Below are positions 50,030 through 60,249 of a DNA stretch of 64,000 nt, in pieces (positions within the stretch are counted from its first letter, which is position 1; every line of letters starts with the position of its first letter). The translations under genes and the position numbers were made by a program. The notes beneath the pieces were generated by a model. That model searched no databases. It was not told the DNA's origin and was given only the letters and a program-made list of their open reading frames with translations. Source of the stretch: Candidatus Bathyarchaeota archaeon (GTDB taxonomy: Archaea > Thermoproteota > Bathyarchaeia > TCS64); assembly GCA_963771885.1 (NCBI GenBank), contig CAVYVF010000023.1:672001-736000 (forward strand), read 5' to 3'.

Positions 50030-50218
50030 ATGCCACTCTGCGAAATATGCGGGATGGACGCGCAGGAGCTCCACGACTGCAAGGAGTGCGACGCCAAGTA
50101 CTGCTCCGAATGCGGCGACACCAAGAAGGGCCTCTGCTACGACTGCCTCGGCTGGAACGACGAAGAGATAGACGAAGAGTACAGCGAGGAGGAGTGGCAG
50201 CAGGACGACCTCAACTAG
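50030..50218 (+). CDS. Small Cys-rich (4x CxxC) protein with acidic tail
   Basis: CEIC, CKEC, CSEC, CYDC followed by a D/E-rich tail; TTTATA upstream. Confidence 0.7.
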   Translation: MPLCEICGMDAQELHDCKECDAKYCSECGDTKKGLCYDCLGWNDEEIDEEYSEEEWQQDDLN

Positions 50219-50258
50219 CCCACTCACCTTTTAAGACAAGCAAAGTGAATGATAGGCA

Positions 50259-50864
50259 ATGGCAGCGGGGGAGAAACGGGTCCACCTCGGCTACTCCGAG
50301 GCCTTCAGACTCGGCTACAACCAGTTAGTAAGGCGGCTAGATCGCTCCATGCTAAACGTAGCCTCGATCGCCCTCGGGCTTAGCTTCTACGCGAGCCTCC
50401 TGCTCACGGACGCCTTCTACCGCGCATACACGGCCCTCGGCGGCGCCAGCCTCAGCGTCGACGCGACCTACTACTGGCTCGTCGCTATAGCCCTCGCCGT
50501 TAGCATCGTCGGCATCACCAACGCGATGCTCATCAGCGTACAGGAAAGAGTCAAGGAGATCGGCACTATGAAGTGCCTCGGCGCGATGAACAGGCACATT
50601 ACACTTCTCTTTCTCGTCGAGGCACTGCTGCAAGGCGTCATCGGCGGCGTCATCGGCTTCTTCGGGGGAGTAGTAGCTGCGCTCCTCACGACGGGCGGCA
50701 CGACGGGCTACAACATTATTCTACGCGTTCCCCTCTCGGAGACGCTGACCCTCCTCGTTACGAGCCTCGCCCTCGCAGTGGGGCTGAGCGTCGCCGCGAC
50801 CATCTACCCTGCCTACAGGGCGTCCCGGCTCGACCCGGTGGTGGCACTACGATATGAGCTTTGA
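50259..50864 (+). CDS. FtsX-like ABC permease (short)
   Basis: I.NAM..SV.ER.KEIG.MK.LGA and PA.RAS.LDPV.ALR.E. Confidence 0.92.
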   Translation: MAAGEKRVHLGYSEAFRLGYNQLVRRLDRSMLNVASIALGLSFYASLLLTDAFYRAYTALGGASLSVDATYYWLVAIALAVSIVGITNAMLISVQERVKEIGTMKCLGAMNRHITLLFLVEALLQGVIGGVIGFFGGVVAALLTTGGTTGYNIILRVPLSETLTLLVTSLALAVGLSVAATIYPAYRASRLDPVVALRYEL

Positions 50865-51546
50865 CAACGTAATCGAACTAAAGGGGTTGAAGAGGCACTA
50901 CGACATCGGCGGAGAGACGGTGAAGGCACTCGACGGCGTCGACCTCACCATCGGCCGCGGCGAGTACGTCAGCCTCGTCGGCCCAAGCGGCTCCGGGAAG
51001 ACCACCCTCTTCAACATGATAGGCGGCCTCGACCGCCCAACTGAGGGAAGCGTCCTCATAGACGGCGTCGACATAAGCAAGCTCGACGCCTACGAGCTCG
51101 CCTGGCTCCGCTGCCGCCGAATCGGCTACATCTTCCAGAGCTTCAACCTCATAACAGTCCTCACGGCGCTTGAGAACGTCGCCCTCCCAACCGTCTTCGC
51201 GGGCACACCCCACGACGAGGGCATAAAGAAGGCGCAGAAGCTACTCGAAAGCGTCGGCCTCGGTGCCCGCCTCCACCACAAACCTACCCAACTCAGCGCT
51301 GGGCAGCAGCAGCGCGTCGCCATAGCCCGAGCCCTCGCAAACGACCCCGCCATAATACTCGCCGACGAGCCCACCGGCAACCTCGACCTCAACACGGGAA
51401 CAGAGATCATAGACCTCCTCCACGGCCTCAACAAGACGCGGGGCCTAACCCTCGTCGCCGCCACGCACGACCTAAAGATGATCAAAGCCTCGGACCGCGT
51501 CGTATGGATGCGCGACGGTGCCATCGAGAAAATAGAGCGCGGCTAA
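50854..51546 (+). CDS. ABC ATPase (LolD/MacB type)
   Basis: GPSGSGKT, LSAGQQQRVAIARAL, ADEPTGNLD. Confidence 0.95.
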   Translation: MSFDNVIELKGLKRHYDIGGETVKALDGVDLTIGRGEYVSLVGPSGSGKTTLFNMIGGLDRPTEGSVLIDGVDISKLDAYELAWLRCRRIGYIFQSFNLITVLTALENVALPTVFAGTPHDEGIKKAQKLLESVGLGARLHHKPTQLSAGQQQRVAIARALANDPAIILADEPTGNLDLNTGTEIIDLLHGLNKTRGLTLVAATHDLKMIKASDRVVWMRDGAIEKIERG

Positions 51547-51575
51547 GACAAACGGTGGCGAGGGATCACCCCTAC

Positions 51576-54353
51576 TCACCGTGGGCGGTTGCTCCACTCC
51601 ATCGTGATGAGACGAATCAGCGTCCCCGTCTCATGCGCCCAGTCCTCCCCACCGGCAGACTCTAGGCGCACAACGTAGACGCCGTCGCTTGGCTCGACGT
51701 AGACCGAGTTCTTCGTGTAGAAGTTGCCAGTCGTCGCCTGGTAGGACTTGTAGATGAACGAGATGATCCTCGCCTCACCCCTCCTCTCAATGGCGACTCT
51801 CGCCGTCAGCCTCACCTGGTCGTGCTCCAGCTCCTTGAGCCTATCCAACATGTAGTCTACATAGCTGTCGACGTCCGCCGCCTCCATCTTGACGGGGACG
51901 GGGATGATCCACGGTGCGTTGAAGCCGCCCTGTCCCTCGACCATTTTCCACTTGCGCGTCAGGCTCGGGGTGATAACGATGCTGCTCCTGAGGGCGGCGA
52001 AGGCGCCGACGAGGACCGCGGAGATGCTTATTCCGATCGCCGCGAGGGTCCACACGGCGGAGACCTTCTGGTGTACCTCAAGCGCCAGCCCCAGCGCCGG
52101 CATCAGCGTGTAGAGGCTGAGCCCTGCCAGGTAGCCAAGCCCGCCCGCTATGAAGCCGGTTATCGACGCCTCCGCCACGAAGATTGAGGCGATCTCCGCC
52201 GGGTTCAGCCCAACGGAGCTGAGTATGCTGATCTCGCGCCTCCTCTCGAAGAGGGAGTTGAGCATGGTGACCACTACGTTGAGCACGACTATCGCCCACG
52301 GGATTACGAGGGGCAGTCCCTTTCCCTCGAGGTAGCTGCCGAGGGCGGAGAAGACGACGCCCGTACCAGAGGCTGACCACGTCAGGTAGCCCCGCTGCAG
52401 GGCGAGCCTCTCGGCGAAGGCGTCCCGCCCCTCCTCTACCGCCAGCGCTATCCTCGTGACCCCGAGAGACCTCGTCAGCCTCGCTGTCGAGTAGTCGACG
52501 AGCGCCGCCTCAGACGCGAGGGTCGCCTGCCTCTCCCAGTAGGCTGGGTCGCCCGGCGGGCTCAGGTTCACCCACTTGTCGGGTATGTACGTGGTGCCGT
52601 CGAGGTCGGTTAATGCGGAGAAGGAGGCGTCGTCAAGCAACCCGGAGAGAGTCAGCACGCGGTCTCGTAGCCGGACAATATCGCCGAGATTGAGCCCCAG
52701 CTTCGTAGCGAGGGAGACACTAAGCGCCACTTCGCCGGGTCCCGGAAGAGTCCCAGAGGAGAGAGCCGAGCCCAGGGGGACGACCCGCGACTCGTTAGCG
52801 ACGTTCACACCGATTATCGAGTATATCCTGTTCCCAGAGAGCGAGGTGAGCGGGGACTGCTGGGGGACATTCTCGATCTTCACCGAGACTCCCTCTACCT
52901 CCCCGTGCCCGAGAATCCACTCTACCTCCGAGTCGACGAACTCCATGAACGTGGGCTCCGCCAACGTCCACGTCGAGGCACGGAGCAGCACACCCTCGTG
53001 GGGCGTGAGCGTTGTTGACCTCACGACCATGAGCCCATAGCCCTCCGAGAGAGAAGTGAGTGAAACGAAGCTCATCACAAGTACTGTCAGCGAGATGAGT
53101 GTAAGGGCGAAGCGCAACCTACGCCTCTTTAAACTCCTCTTAGCTATGCTGAAAACCGGGACGAGGACGCCGCCGACGCTTACCCTCCCGTTCCCACCTC
53201 CACCGCCGATTAACCGGGGGATGAACACCGCCGCCACCACGACCACGACGTAGGACACGGCCGACGTCAGCAGCAGTCCCTGCAGGGGCGTCGCCCCGAC
53301 TCCGGGGTAGACCTTCCATAGCAGTAGCAGGGAGGCGACGTAAACTACCGCCCCTAAAGCAATCTGCAGCCGCGTCGAGTCTACTAGCAGGAACCCAGCC
53401 GTGACCGAGGCTAGGGCAAGGAACCCTATGATTATGTAGACGCTGGACGTTGCGTCAAGTGCGAGGTTGCTCAACTCCCCGAGGGTGCTCCTCGCGTCAA
53501 TGTAACTCCTCTTCGCGAAGTCGAAGCCCGCGGCGAAGTCTCCCTCCTCGTACCTCTGCTGCGCCGCCTCGTAGCCCGCGACGGCCCTCGCCAGTATCCC
53601 CTTCTCCCTGACTAGGTAGAAGCCCTGCCCCTCCATCGAGAGGATTCTAGCGGAGGCATCCGAGATGGCGGACGCGACGAGGCCGAGGTTATACTCAAGG
53701 GTGACCCCCATCACTGGGAACTCTGTGAGTGTGCCCGCGCCGAGGGGCTGCTGGACAACCGAGGAGGCGGCTTTTGTCGTCACCTTCGTCCCAACGAGTA
53801 TCGACGCCCCGATCCAGACCCGATACTCAGCACCCGCGGGGGCTATCACCGTCGCGGCAGGAAGGTTCGGAACAGCGATCGAGTTCGTCGTCTTTGATCC
53901 AAAGACGAGCGGGTATCCACTCGGCGAGAGCAGCGTCCCGTTGGCACCCGAAACTTGGTAGCTGTAGGAGACTGGGATATTGTCAGTGTCCACGAAGAGG
54001 AGGTCGCCCTCCATGCGTAGGGATGCGGCGGGGAGAAGGGCGATTTCCACTGGGCCCTCTGAGACACCTATGAGGGCGGGGACGTAGTCGTACCCGGGCG
54101 TTGAGGGGTCGTCCAGGTAGACGAGGACCTTAGAGACTCCCGGGTCGAGGGGGAGCGTCCACGAGCCATCCGTTGAGGCTGTCACCGTCTTCACAATCTG
54201 GTTATTCGCTACGGTGGAGACGTTGGCCCGGAGCGGCTCGCCGCCTACACCGGTGACTTTCCCCGAGACCGTATCCTGAGCAGCAACACACGGCACCGAG
54301 AGGGTCATGGCGAACAAAAGCACTAGGGCGAGTGAAGCGAGCCTACGCGTCAA
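51576..54353 (-). CDS. Large multi-domain FtsX-like ABC permease
   Basis: Signal peptide, beta-rich extracellular domain, TM bundle, MacB-like region, ERRREI....VGLNP FtsX motif; TTG start at 54353 inferred. Confidence 0.85.
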   Translation of the reverse strand: MTRRLASLALVLLFAMTLSVPCVAAQDTVSGKVTGVGGEPLRANVSTVANNQIVKTVTASTDGSWTLPLDPGVSKVLVYLDDPSTPGYDYVPALIGVSEGPVEIALLPAASLRMEGDLLFVDTDNIPVSYSYQVSGANGTLLSPSGYPLVFGSKTTNSIAVPNLPAATVIAPAGAEYRVWIGASILVGTKVTTKAASSVVQQPLGAGTLTEFPVMGVTLEYNLGLVASAISDASARILSMEGQGFYLVREKGILARAVAGYEAAQQRYEEGDFAAGFDFAKRSYIDARSTLGELSNLALDATSSVYIIIGFLALASVTAGFLLVDSTRLQIALGAVVYVASLLLLWKVYPGVGATPLQGLLLTSAVSYVVVVVAAVFIPRLIGGGGGNGRVSVGGVLVPVFSIAKRSLKRRRLRFALTLISLTVLVMSFVSLTSLSEGYGLMVVRSTTLTPHEGVLLRASTWTLAEPTFMEFVDSEVEWILGHGEVEGVSVKIENVPQQSPLTSLSGNRIYSIIGVNVANESRVVPLGSALSSGTLPGPGEVALSVSLATKLGLNLGDIVRLRDRVLTLSGLLDDASFSALTDLDGTTYIPDKWVNLSPPGDPAYWERQATLASEAALVDYSTARLTRSLGVTRIALAVEEGRDAFAERLALQRGYLTWSASGTGVVFSALGSYLEGKGLPLVIPWAIVVLNVVVTMLNSLFERRREISILSSVGLNPAEIASIFVAEASITGFIAGGLGYLAGLSLYTLMPALGLALEVHQKVSAVWTLAAIGISISAVLVGAFAALRSSIVITPSLTRKWKMVEGQGGFNAPWIIPVPVKMEAADVDSYVDYMLDRLKELEHDQVRLTARVAIERRGEARIISFIYKSYQATTGNFYTKNSVYVEPSDGVYVVRLESAGGEDWAHETGTLIRLITMEWSNRPR

Positions 54354-54424
54354 TCCAGCGACCCCAATCCACCCATAATGCCGCGCCTCGGTAAAAAGCT
54401 TAAGCGGGCTCTGCAAAATACCGT

Positions 54425-54811
54425 GTGGTGCCCACAACGAGACTCAGGATAATCACGAAGAGCGCCGGCACGCTCACGGCGGAGCTAACGGGCGAGAACC
54501 CAGAGACCGCCAAGGCCTTCGTTTCCAAGCTCCCCATAGAGGGCAGGGCGAACACTTGGGGCGACGAGATCTATTTCACGATCCCCGTCGACGCTGGGGA
54601 AGAGTCACCGAAACAGGTTGTGGAGGTCGGCGACGTCGCCTACTGGCCCCCGGGGAAGGCCCTCTGCCTCTTCTTCGGCCCCACGCCCGCCAGCAGGGGC
54701 GGGGATATACGCCCAGCAAGCCCCGTCAACGTTTTCGCGAGGATAACAGGCGACCCCAAGCTCCTCAAACTCGTCCCCGCGAGTGAGAGGATACGCGTCG
54801 AGGGCGGCTAG
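54425..54811 (+). CDS. Cyclophilin-like fold protein (DUF369-like)
   Basis: P.TA....LP, WGDEIYF, GDVAYWPPG.ALCLFFGPTP. Confidence 0.88.
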   Translation: MVPTTRLRIITKSAGTLTAELTGENPETAKAFVSKLPIEGRANTWGDEIYFTIPVDAGEESPKQVVEVGDVAYWPPGKALCLFFGPTPASRGGDIRPASPVNVFARITGDPKLLKLVPASERIRVEGG

Positions 54812-55080
54812 TCCGCAGTGAGCCTAAACTTCTCGGCGAGGTTCCGCGACAGCTCGTCAGCACTGTATCCCACCTGTCAAAGGTACACATGTCAATAAGA
54901 TCGCGGGCGCGAAATGTCGAGACGACTATCTCAAAGCCCTCCACGCCGCTCCGCTGTTATCCTGAAGGCCTCTACATTCAAGTTGCATCGGCGTAGACAA
55001 AGTTCTAGGATGGATATTATTTATTATATACTGAATGTATTCGGGGGATTTTATATGGCGGGTGGGCGTCTGGCTATGCG

Positions 55081-55920
55081 ATGGGCAGAATAGGCGGCTT
55101 CCTACGGATAATACGTCCCGTGAACTCGGTTATGCTCGGGGCGGCGATCCTCGTGGGCGTCGCAATGGCAGGTGGCGCTAACGGTCCCCTCCTGAGCCTT
55201 GCCCTGGTCTTCCTCACTGGCTTCACCCTCACAGGCGCAGCCATGGTCATAAACGACTACTACGACCGCGACATCGACGCCGTCAACGAGCCGGGGCGCC
55301 CCATTCCGAGCGGCGAGGTGAAGCCACGCGAAGCCGTCGCCTACTCGATTCTCCTCAGCGCCGTCGGACTCGCAGCAGCCGGTCTTACGAGCATTTCAGC
55401 CCTTGGCGTCGCTGCCCTATCATGGATCCTGATGATGACCTACTCAGCGTGGGGGAAACGGATGGGCTTCTTCGGCAACCTGATGGTGAGCACCTGCATA
55501 GGACTACCCTTCGTCTACGGGGGTATAGTGGTTGGTAACGTCTCAACGTCACTGCTCTTCAGCGCCCTCGCATTCCTATCGAACACGGGACGGGAGGTGA
55601 CGAAAGGGATAGTTGACACAGAGGGAGACTCCTCCCGGGGCGTGAATACGGTCGCCGTGGTATACGGCGTGGATCGGGCCGCACAGGTCGCCTCAGCATT
55701 CTACATCATCGCCGTCGCAGCCTCTACGCTTCCACTGATCCTGAACATCGTGAGCGTCTGGTATTTGCCCTTCGTCGTGGTGACCGACGCCGGCCTCATC
55801 TACAGCGCATACACCCTTCTCCGCGACCACAGTCGCGAGACGAGCAGGAGGGTGAAGAACCAGGTCTTGTATTGGATGCTTTTTGGGCTCCTCGCCTTCT
55901 CGGCGGGGACCCTGTTATAA
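55081..55920 (+). CDS. UbiA-family prenyltransferase, probable digeranylgeranylglyceryl phosphate synthase
   Basis: RP.N, NDYYD..ID.VN.P.RPIPSG, RE..K.I.D.EGD. Confidence 0.88.
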   Translation: MGRIGGFLRIIRPVNSVMLGAAILVGVAMAGGANGPLLSLALVFLTGFTLTGAAMVINDYYDRDIDAVNEPGRPIPSGEVKPREAVAYSILLSAVGLAAAGLTSISALGVAALSWILMMTYSAWGKRMGFFGNLMVSTCIGLPFVYGGIVVGNVSTSLLFSALAFLSNTGREVTKGIVDTEGDSSRGVNTVAVVYGVDRAAQVASAFYIIAVAASTLPLILNIVSVWYLPFVVVTDAGLIYSAYTLLRDHSRETSRRVKNQVLYWMLFGLLAFSAGTLL

Positions 55921-55930
55921 AAAACTAGGC

Positions 55931-56542
55931 TTAACGTGAGGAGAGCGCTACGCGCTCCATCTCGCGCTTGCGGCGGACGCCGAAGCTGTTACCGTCGTTC
56001 TGCGCAGCGCCGATTATCTGGTCGGCGATGATCTCCTCGAAGGTCTTCCTGTTACCGAAGGTCTGCTCCTTTATGCCCCTCGAGATGAACCTGAGGGCGA
56101 GGTCGATCCTCCTCTGCGGGGAGATGTCGACCGCGAGGCGGTAGACGACGCCACCGTAGCCGATGCGCGTCGTGTCCTCGTTGGGGGCGCAGTTCTCAAC
56201 GGCTCGGACCAGCATCTCGATCGGGTTCCTCCCGCTCTTGACATTGACTATCTTGAAGGCCGTCCTCACAGCGTTGGTCACGCGTGGCTTGTCGCCGCCG
56301 CTGCTCCCAGGCTTGAGTATGCCGTTCACGAGGCGCTCCACGATACTCATCTCGCTCTTCTGGAACTTCCTGGCCTCGTGGCGACCACCGGAGTGGGGCA
56401 TGAAGACGGGGGCGACCTTTAGGTACCTCTTGAGGCCGGGGTCCCGGACCTCTATGTTCTCGAAGCTCCACTCGCCGAACAGCTTGATACCGCCTGTCCC
56501 CGCCGTAGTGGCCTCGATTGTTACTTCTGGTTCTTCGCTCAC
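55931..56542 (-). CDS. rps7: 30S ribosomal protein S7
   Basis: KLFGEWS, PHSGGRH, IVERLVN, AVDISPQRR.D.ALR, ERVA.SSR; GTG start at 56542. Confidence 0.96.
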   Translation of the reverse strand: MSEEPEVTIEATTAGTGGIKLFGEWSFENIEVRDPGLKRYLKVAPVFMPHSGGRHEARKFQKSEMSIVERLVNGILKPGSSGGDKPRVTNAVRTAFKIVNVKSGRNPIEMLVRAVENCAPNEDTTRIGYGGVVYRLAVDISPQRRIDLALRFISRGIKEQTFGNRKTFEEIIADQIIGAAQNDGNSFGVRRKREMERVALSSR

Positions 56543-56649
56543 TTGGCCGAATCGCCTCGGATTGCAGAGGGGAAGAGTGGGAACGTGAATAAAAGGCTTA
56601 CCGAAGCGTGAACAACCTTTTAACCCCGCGTCCGGTCCCACTAGGCGAA

Positions 56650-57846
56650 ATGTCCCTCAAGGACTACAAGCTCTCCTACATACTTCTATGTGTCATCGGA
56701 CTCGCCGCGATGTTCAGCACGAGCCTCGTAAACCCCCTGCTCTCGATATTCGCGAAGGAGATCGGCGCTGTCGGCGTCATGATAGGTTTCTCGGTCGCCG
56801 GTTACTGGGTCGCGAGGGTGCTCCTTGAAATACCGAGCGGCTTCATCTCGGCGCGCTACGGCTACTACATGCCTATGCTTCTGGGGCTTATCCTGACAAC
56901 CGCTGGCACGTTCTGGAACGCCTTCGTCACAGACCCCTACCAACTCATCCTCGCGCGCGCCCTGCAGGGTCTCGGGGCACCGCTATTCTTCGCCGTCTCC
57001 ATGACATTCATCGTCAACATGTTCAGCGCTGAAAAACGCGGCGCGGCGATGGGCCTCTTCCAAGGCGTCGAGTTCGGGGGCAGCATCCTCGGCTCGACGT
57101 TCAGCGGTTACATAATCACGGCGCTCGGCTTCCAAGGCGGCTTCTTCCTGTCAACGGCGCTCTGCGCCATAGCCGTCCTGCTCCTCGCCATACCCCCAAA
57201 TGTGAGGCACGAATCCTCGACGATGCCTAAGATTCCCGCCATGAAGCTCTCCTCACTCCCCAAGGTTTTCAAGAACAAGATACTCATCATAGTCTCCTTC
57301 GCGACCCTCATGGAGTTCGTGCTCAGCAGCGGCGTCATCTACACTATCTACCCACTCTTCGCTAAGGAGAACCTCGGCATGTCACTTACCGATATCGGCC
57401 TCATAATGGGCGCCAGGTCACTCGGCTACGTCATCGCGATGCTGATAATGGGTTCAATAGCCGACAGGATCGGGAGGAAGCCCGTCCTACTCTTCGGCAT
57501 GGCGAGCACCGCCGTCATGGCGGTCGTGCTCAACTTCGCCTCGGGGATCTTCATGACCGCCGCCGTCCTCTTCTGCATAGGTATCACGACGGGCGCCATC
57601 TGGATAGTCTGTCCCGTCATAGCCGCGGAGGCAGTTGAGCCCGAGAACAGGGGTGCAGCCATCGGCACCTATAGGACCTTCTTCGACTTAGGCTCCATCT
57701 TCGGCCCGATAATTATGACATACATCATGGGCGTATACGGCATAACGACATGCTTCTACCTCTCAGCTGTCCTGTTGGCGATAGCCTTCGTGCCGTGCCT
57801 CAAGGTTGAGGAGACGAAAAAGATCGGGACCGTCGTGGTCCATTAA
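56650..57846 (+). CDS. MFS transporter
   Basis: 12 TM pattern, GSIADRIGRK, RGAA.G. Confidence 0.92.
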   Translation: MSLKDYKLSYILLCVIGLAAMFSTSLVNPLLSIFAKEIGAVGVMIGFSVAGYWVARVLLEIPSGFISARYGYYMPMLLGLILTTAGTFWNAFVTDPYQLILARALQGLGAPLFFAVSMTFIVNMFSAEKRGAAMGLFQGVEFGGSILGSTFSGYIITALGFQGGFFLSTALCAIAVLLLAIPPNVRHESSTMPKIPAMKLSSLPKVFKNKILIIVSFATLMEFVLSSGVIYTIYPLFAKENLGMSLTDIGLIMGARSLGYVIAMLIMGSIADRIGRKPVLLFGMASTAVMAVVLNFASGIFMTAAVLFCIGITTGAIWIVCPVIAAEAVEPENRGAAIGTYRTFFDLGSIFGPIIMTYIMGVYGITTCFYLSAVLLAIAFVPCLKVEETKKIGTVVVH

Positions 57847-57864
57847 GAACTTGAACGACCCGTT

Positions 57865-58305
57865 TTACCGGGTAGGCTTCTGAATCTTGCCGACGACCAA
57901 GAGGTTGAGCGGCACACCGTTCACTGCGTTCACCTTGTAGCGTACGCCGGGAATGTCGCCCATCGAGCGGCTGCGGGGGCCGCTGATGCCCTCGATCGTG
58001 ACCTCGTCGTGCTCGTCGACGAAGTTCAGTGCGCCGTCGCCTGGCAGGAAAGCCGTGGCGAGGCGGCCGTTCTTGATGATCTGGATGCGAACACACTTGC
58101 GAATTGCGGAGTTTGGCTGCTTGGACTCGACGCCGACCTTTTGGAGTACGATACCCCTACCCATGGGTGCGCCCTGGAGTAGGTCCTTCTTCTGCGCCTT
58201 GCGCCTCATGCGTAGGACAAAGTCCTTGCTCTTGTACCGCATGTTTCTCCTGTTATTCTTGAGCCTGCGGCCGGCGAACATACCGTTAGTCAAGCGATTC
58301 TCCAC
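57865..58305 (-). CDS. rps12: 30S ribosomal protein S12
   Basis: [27 protein letters not shown]. Confidence 0.97.
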   Translation of the reverse strand: MENRLTNGMFAGRRLKNNRRNMRYKSKDFVLRMRRKAQKKDLLQGAPMGRGIVLQKVGVESKQPNSAIRKCVRIQIIKNGRLATAFLPGDGALNFVDEHDEVTIEGISGPRSRSMGDIPGVRYKVNAVNGVPLNLLVVGKIQKPTR

Positions 58306-58478
58306 CTTCCGGTGTCGGCTGGTATGTTTAAACTTTACGCATTAACGCTTGGACGCTCTCACGAGTGTGCTGAGCCGGGGGATAAGTTCCGAAACCGCGC
58401 GGATCAGTATGGTTTATACATGTGAACCGAACCTTTTTATCCACCATCCAAGTCGGATTGAGTAAGGAGATTAGATAA

Positions 58479-59774
58479 ATGAGCGGAAAAGAGAAGCCAC
58501 ACATTAACCTGATCATCGTAGGACACGTTGATCACGGTAAGAGCACAAGCATCGGCCACCTGTTCTACGACGCCGGCGCGATCGACGAGAAGTACGCGAA
58601 GGACATGGAGGCAGAGGCGAAGTCCATCGGCAAGGAGTCCTTCAAGTACGCATGGCTCCTCGACAGGCTCAAGGAGGAGCGCGAACGTGGTATCACGATC
58701 GACCTCGCCTTCTACAAGCTCGAGACGGCGAAGAACTTCTTCACCGTCATCGACAGCCCCGGCCACCGCGACTTCGTCAAGAACATGGTCACGGGCGCGA
58801 GCCAGGCAGACGGCGCCATCCTCCTCATCTCCGCCAAGAAGGGCGAGTTTGAGGCAGGGACCAACCCAGGCGGCCAGACGCGTGAGCACGCCTTCCTCGC
58901 TAAGACGCTGGGCGTAAACCAGATCGTCGTCGCCGTCAACAAGATGGACGACCCCACCGTAGCCTGGAGCGAGCAGCGCTTCCAGGAGGTAAGGGACGGC
59001 GTCACGCGCCTCCTCCAGATGGTCGGCTACGACACCAGCAAGACCAACTTCGTCCCCACCAGCGGCTGGGGCGGCGACAACCTCGTCAAGAGGAGCGCCA
59101 ACATGGCCTGGTACAAGGGCCCGACACTCATCGAGGCACTCGACAACTTCGTCATGCCCGCAAAGCCAACCGACAAGCCCCTCCGCCTGCCCGTTCAGGA
59201 AGTCTACACCATCCGTGGTGTCGGCACAACCCCAGTCGGGAAGGTAGAGACCGGCGTGCTCAAGGTAGGCGACGACATCGTCTTCATGCCCAGCGGCGAG
59301 AAGGGGAAGGTCAACAGCATCGAGACCCACTACACGCGCCTAGAGAAGGCGGGCCCAGGTGACAACATCGGCTTCAACGTCAAAGGCGTAGACCGCGAAA
59401 AGGTAAAGCGCGGCGAGGTCGCCAGTCACACCAACACCCCCTGCAAGGTCGCTAAGTCGTTCAAGGGCAGGATCTTCATAATCCACCACCCAACGGCGGT
59501 CGGCCCAGGCTACACCCCCGTACTACACATCCACACCGCCCAAGTCGCGGTCAAGTTCGAGGCAATCGAGGCCAAACTCGACCCTAGGACTGGACAGGTA
59601 GTGGAGCAGAACCCCACCTACCTCAGGACCGGTGAGGCGGCGATAGTAAAGTTCACGCCCCTCATCCCGATCGCCATCGAGGCGTTCAAGGACTTCCCAC
59701 AGCTCGGCAGGTTCGCCCTGCGCGACATGGGCACGACCATCGGCGCCGGCATCGTCCTCGAAGTCGAGAGCTAA
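58479..59774 (+). CDS. tuf: Elongation factor aEF-1alpha
   Basis: GHVDHGKST, ERERGITID, PGHRDFVKNM, NKMD, LGRFALRDMG. Confidence 0.98.
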   Translation: MSGKEKPHINLIIVGHVDHGKSTSIGHLFYDAGAIDEKYAKDMEAEAKSIGKESFKYAWLLDRLKEERERGITIDLAFYKLETAKNFFTVIDSPGHRDFVKNMVTGASQADGAILLISAKKGEFEAGTNPGGQTREHAFLAKTLGVNQIVVAVNKMDDPTVAWSEQRFQEVRDGVTRLLQMVGYDTSKTNFVPTSGWGGDNLVKRSANMAWYKGPTLIEALDNFVMPAKPTDKPLRLPVQEVYTIRGVGTTPVGKVETGVLKVGDDIVFMPSGEKGKVNSIETHYTRLEKAGPGDNIGFNVKGVDREKVKRGEVASHTNTPCKVAKSFKGRIFIIHHPTAVGPGYTPVLHIHTAQVAVKFEAIEAKLDPRTGQVVEQNPTYLRTGEAAIVKFTPLIPIAIEAFKDFPQLGRFALRDMGTTIGAGIVLEVES

Positions 59775-59840
59775 ACCCTCTCGCAACCCCTTTTTCGATA
59801 CATTTAAGTTCTCAGCCCACTGATGAGACGGGGAATAGGT

Positions 59841-60149
59841 ATGGCGCGACGCGCACGCATCAAGCTCACGAGTGCCGACACCCAGAAACTCGAGGGTGTC
59901 TGCGACGAGATCAGGGACATCGCACAGAAGATAGGCGTCAAACTTGTAGGACCCATACCACTACCCACGAAGAAACTCCTCGTCCCCACAAGGAGGACGC
60001 CCTGCGGCGACGGCAGCAAGACGTGGGACAAGTACGAGATGAGGGTACACAAGAGGCTCATCGAGATCGACGCCCGCGACCGCGTCATGCGCAGCATAAT
60101 GCGCATCCGTGTACCCAACGAAGTCTACATCGAGATGGAGATAAAGTAG
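59841..60149 (+). CDS. rps10: 30S ribosomal protein S10
   Basis: GPIPLPTK, R.TPCGDG..TWD.YEMRVHKRLI. Confidence 0.97.
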   Translation: MARRARIKLTSADTQKLEGVCDEIRDIAQKIGVKLVGPIPLPTKKLLVPTRRTPCGDGSKTWDKYEMRVHKRLIEIDARDRVMRSIMRIRVPNEVYIEMEIK

Positions 60150-60249
60150 CTCCACCTACGTCTTCTAGCGACGTTTTCTACCCCATTTAGGGCAAGTGTT
60201 TTTAACGACATTCGTTCAACGGTTATCCCTTCCAAGGAAGCGTCAAACT

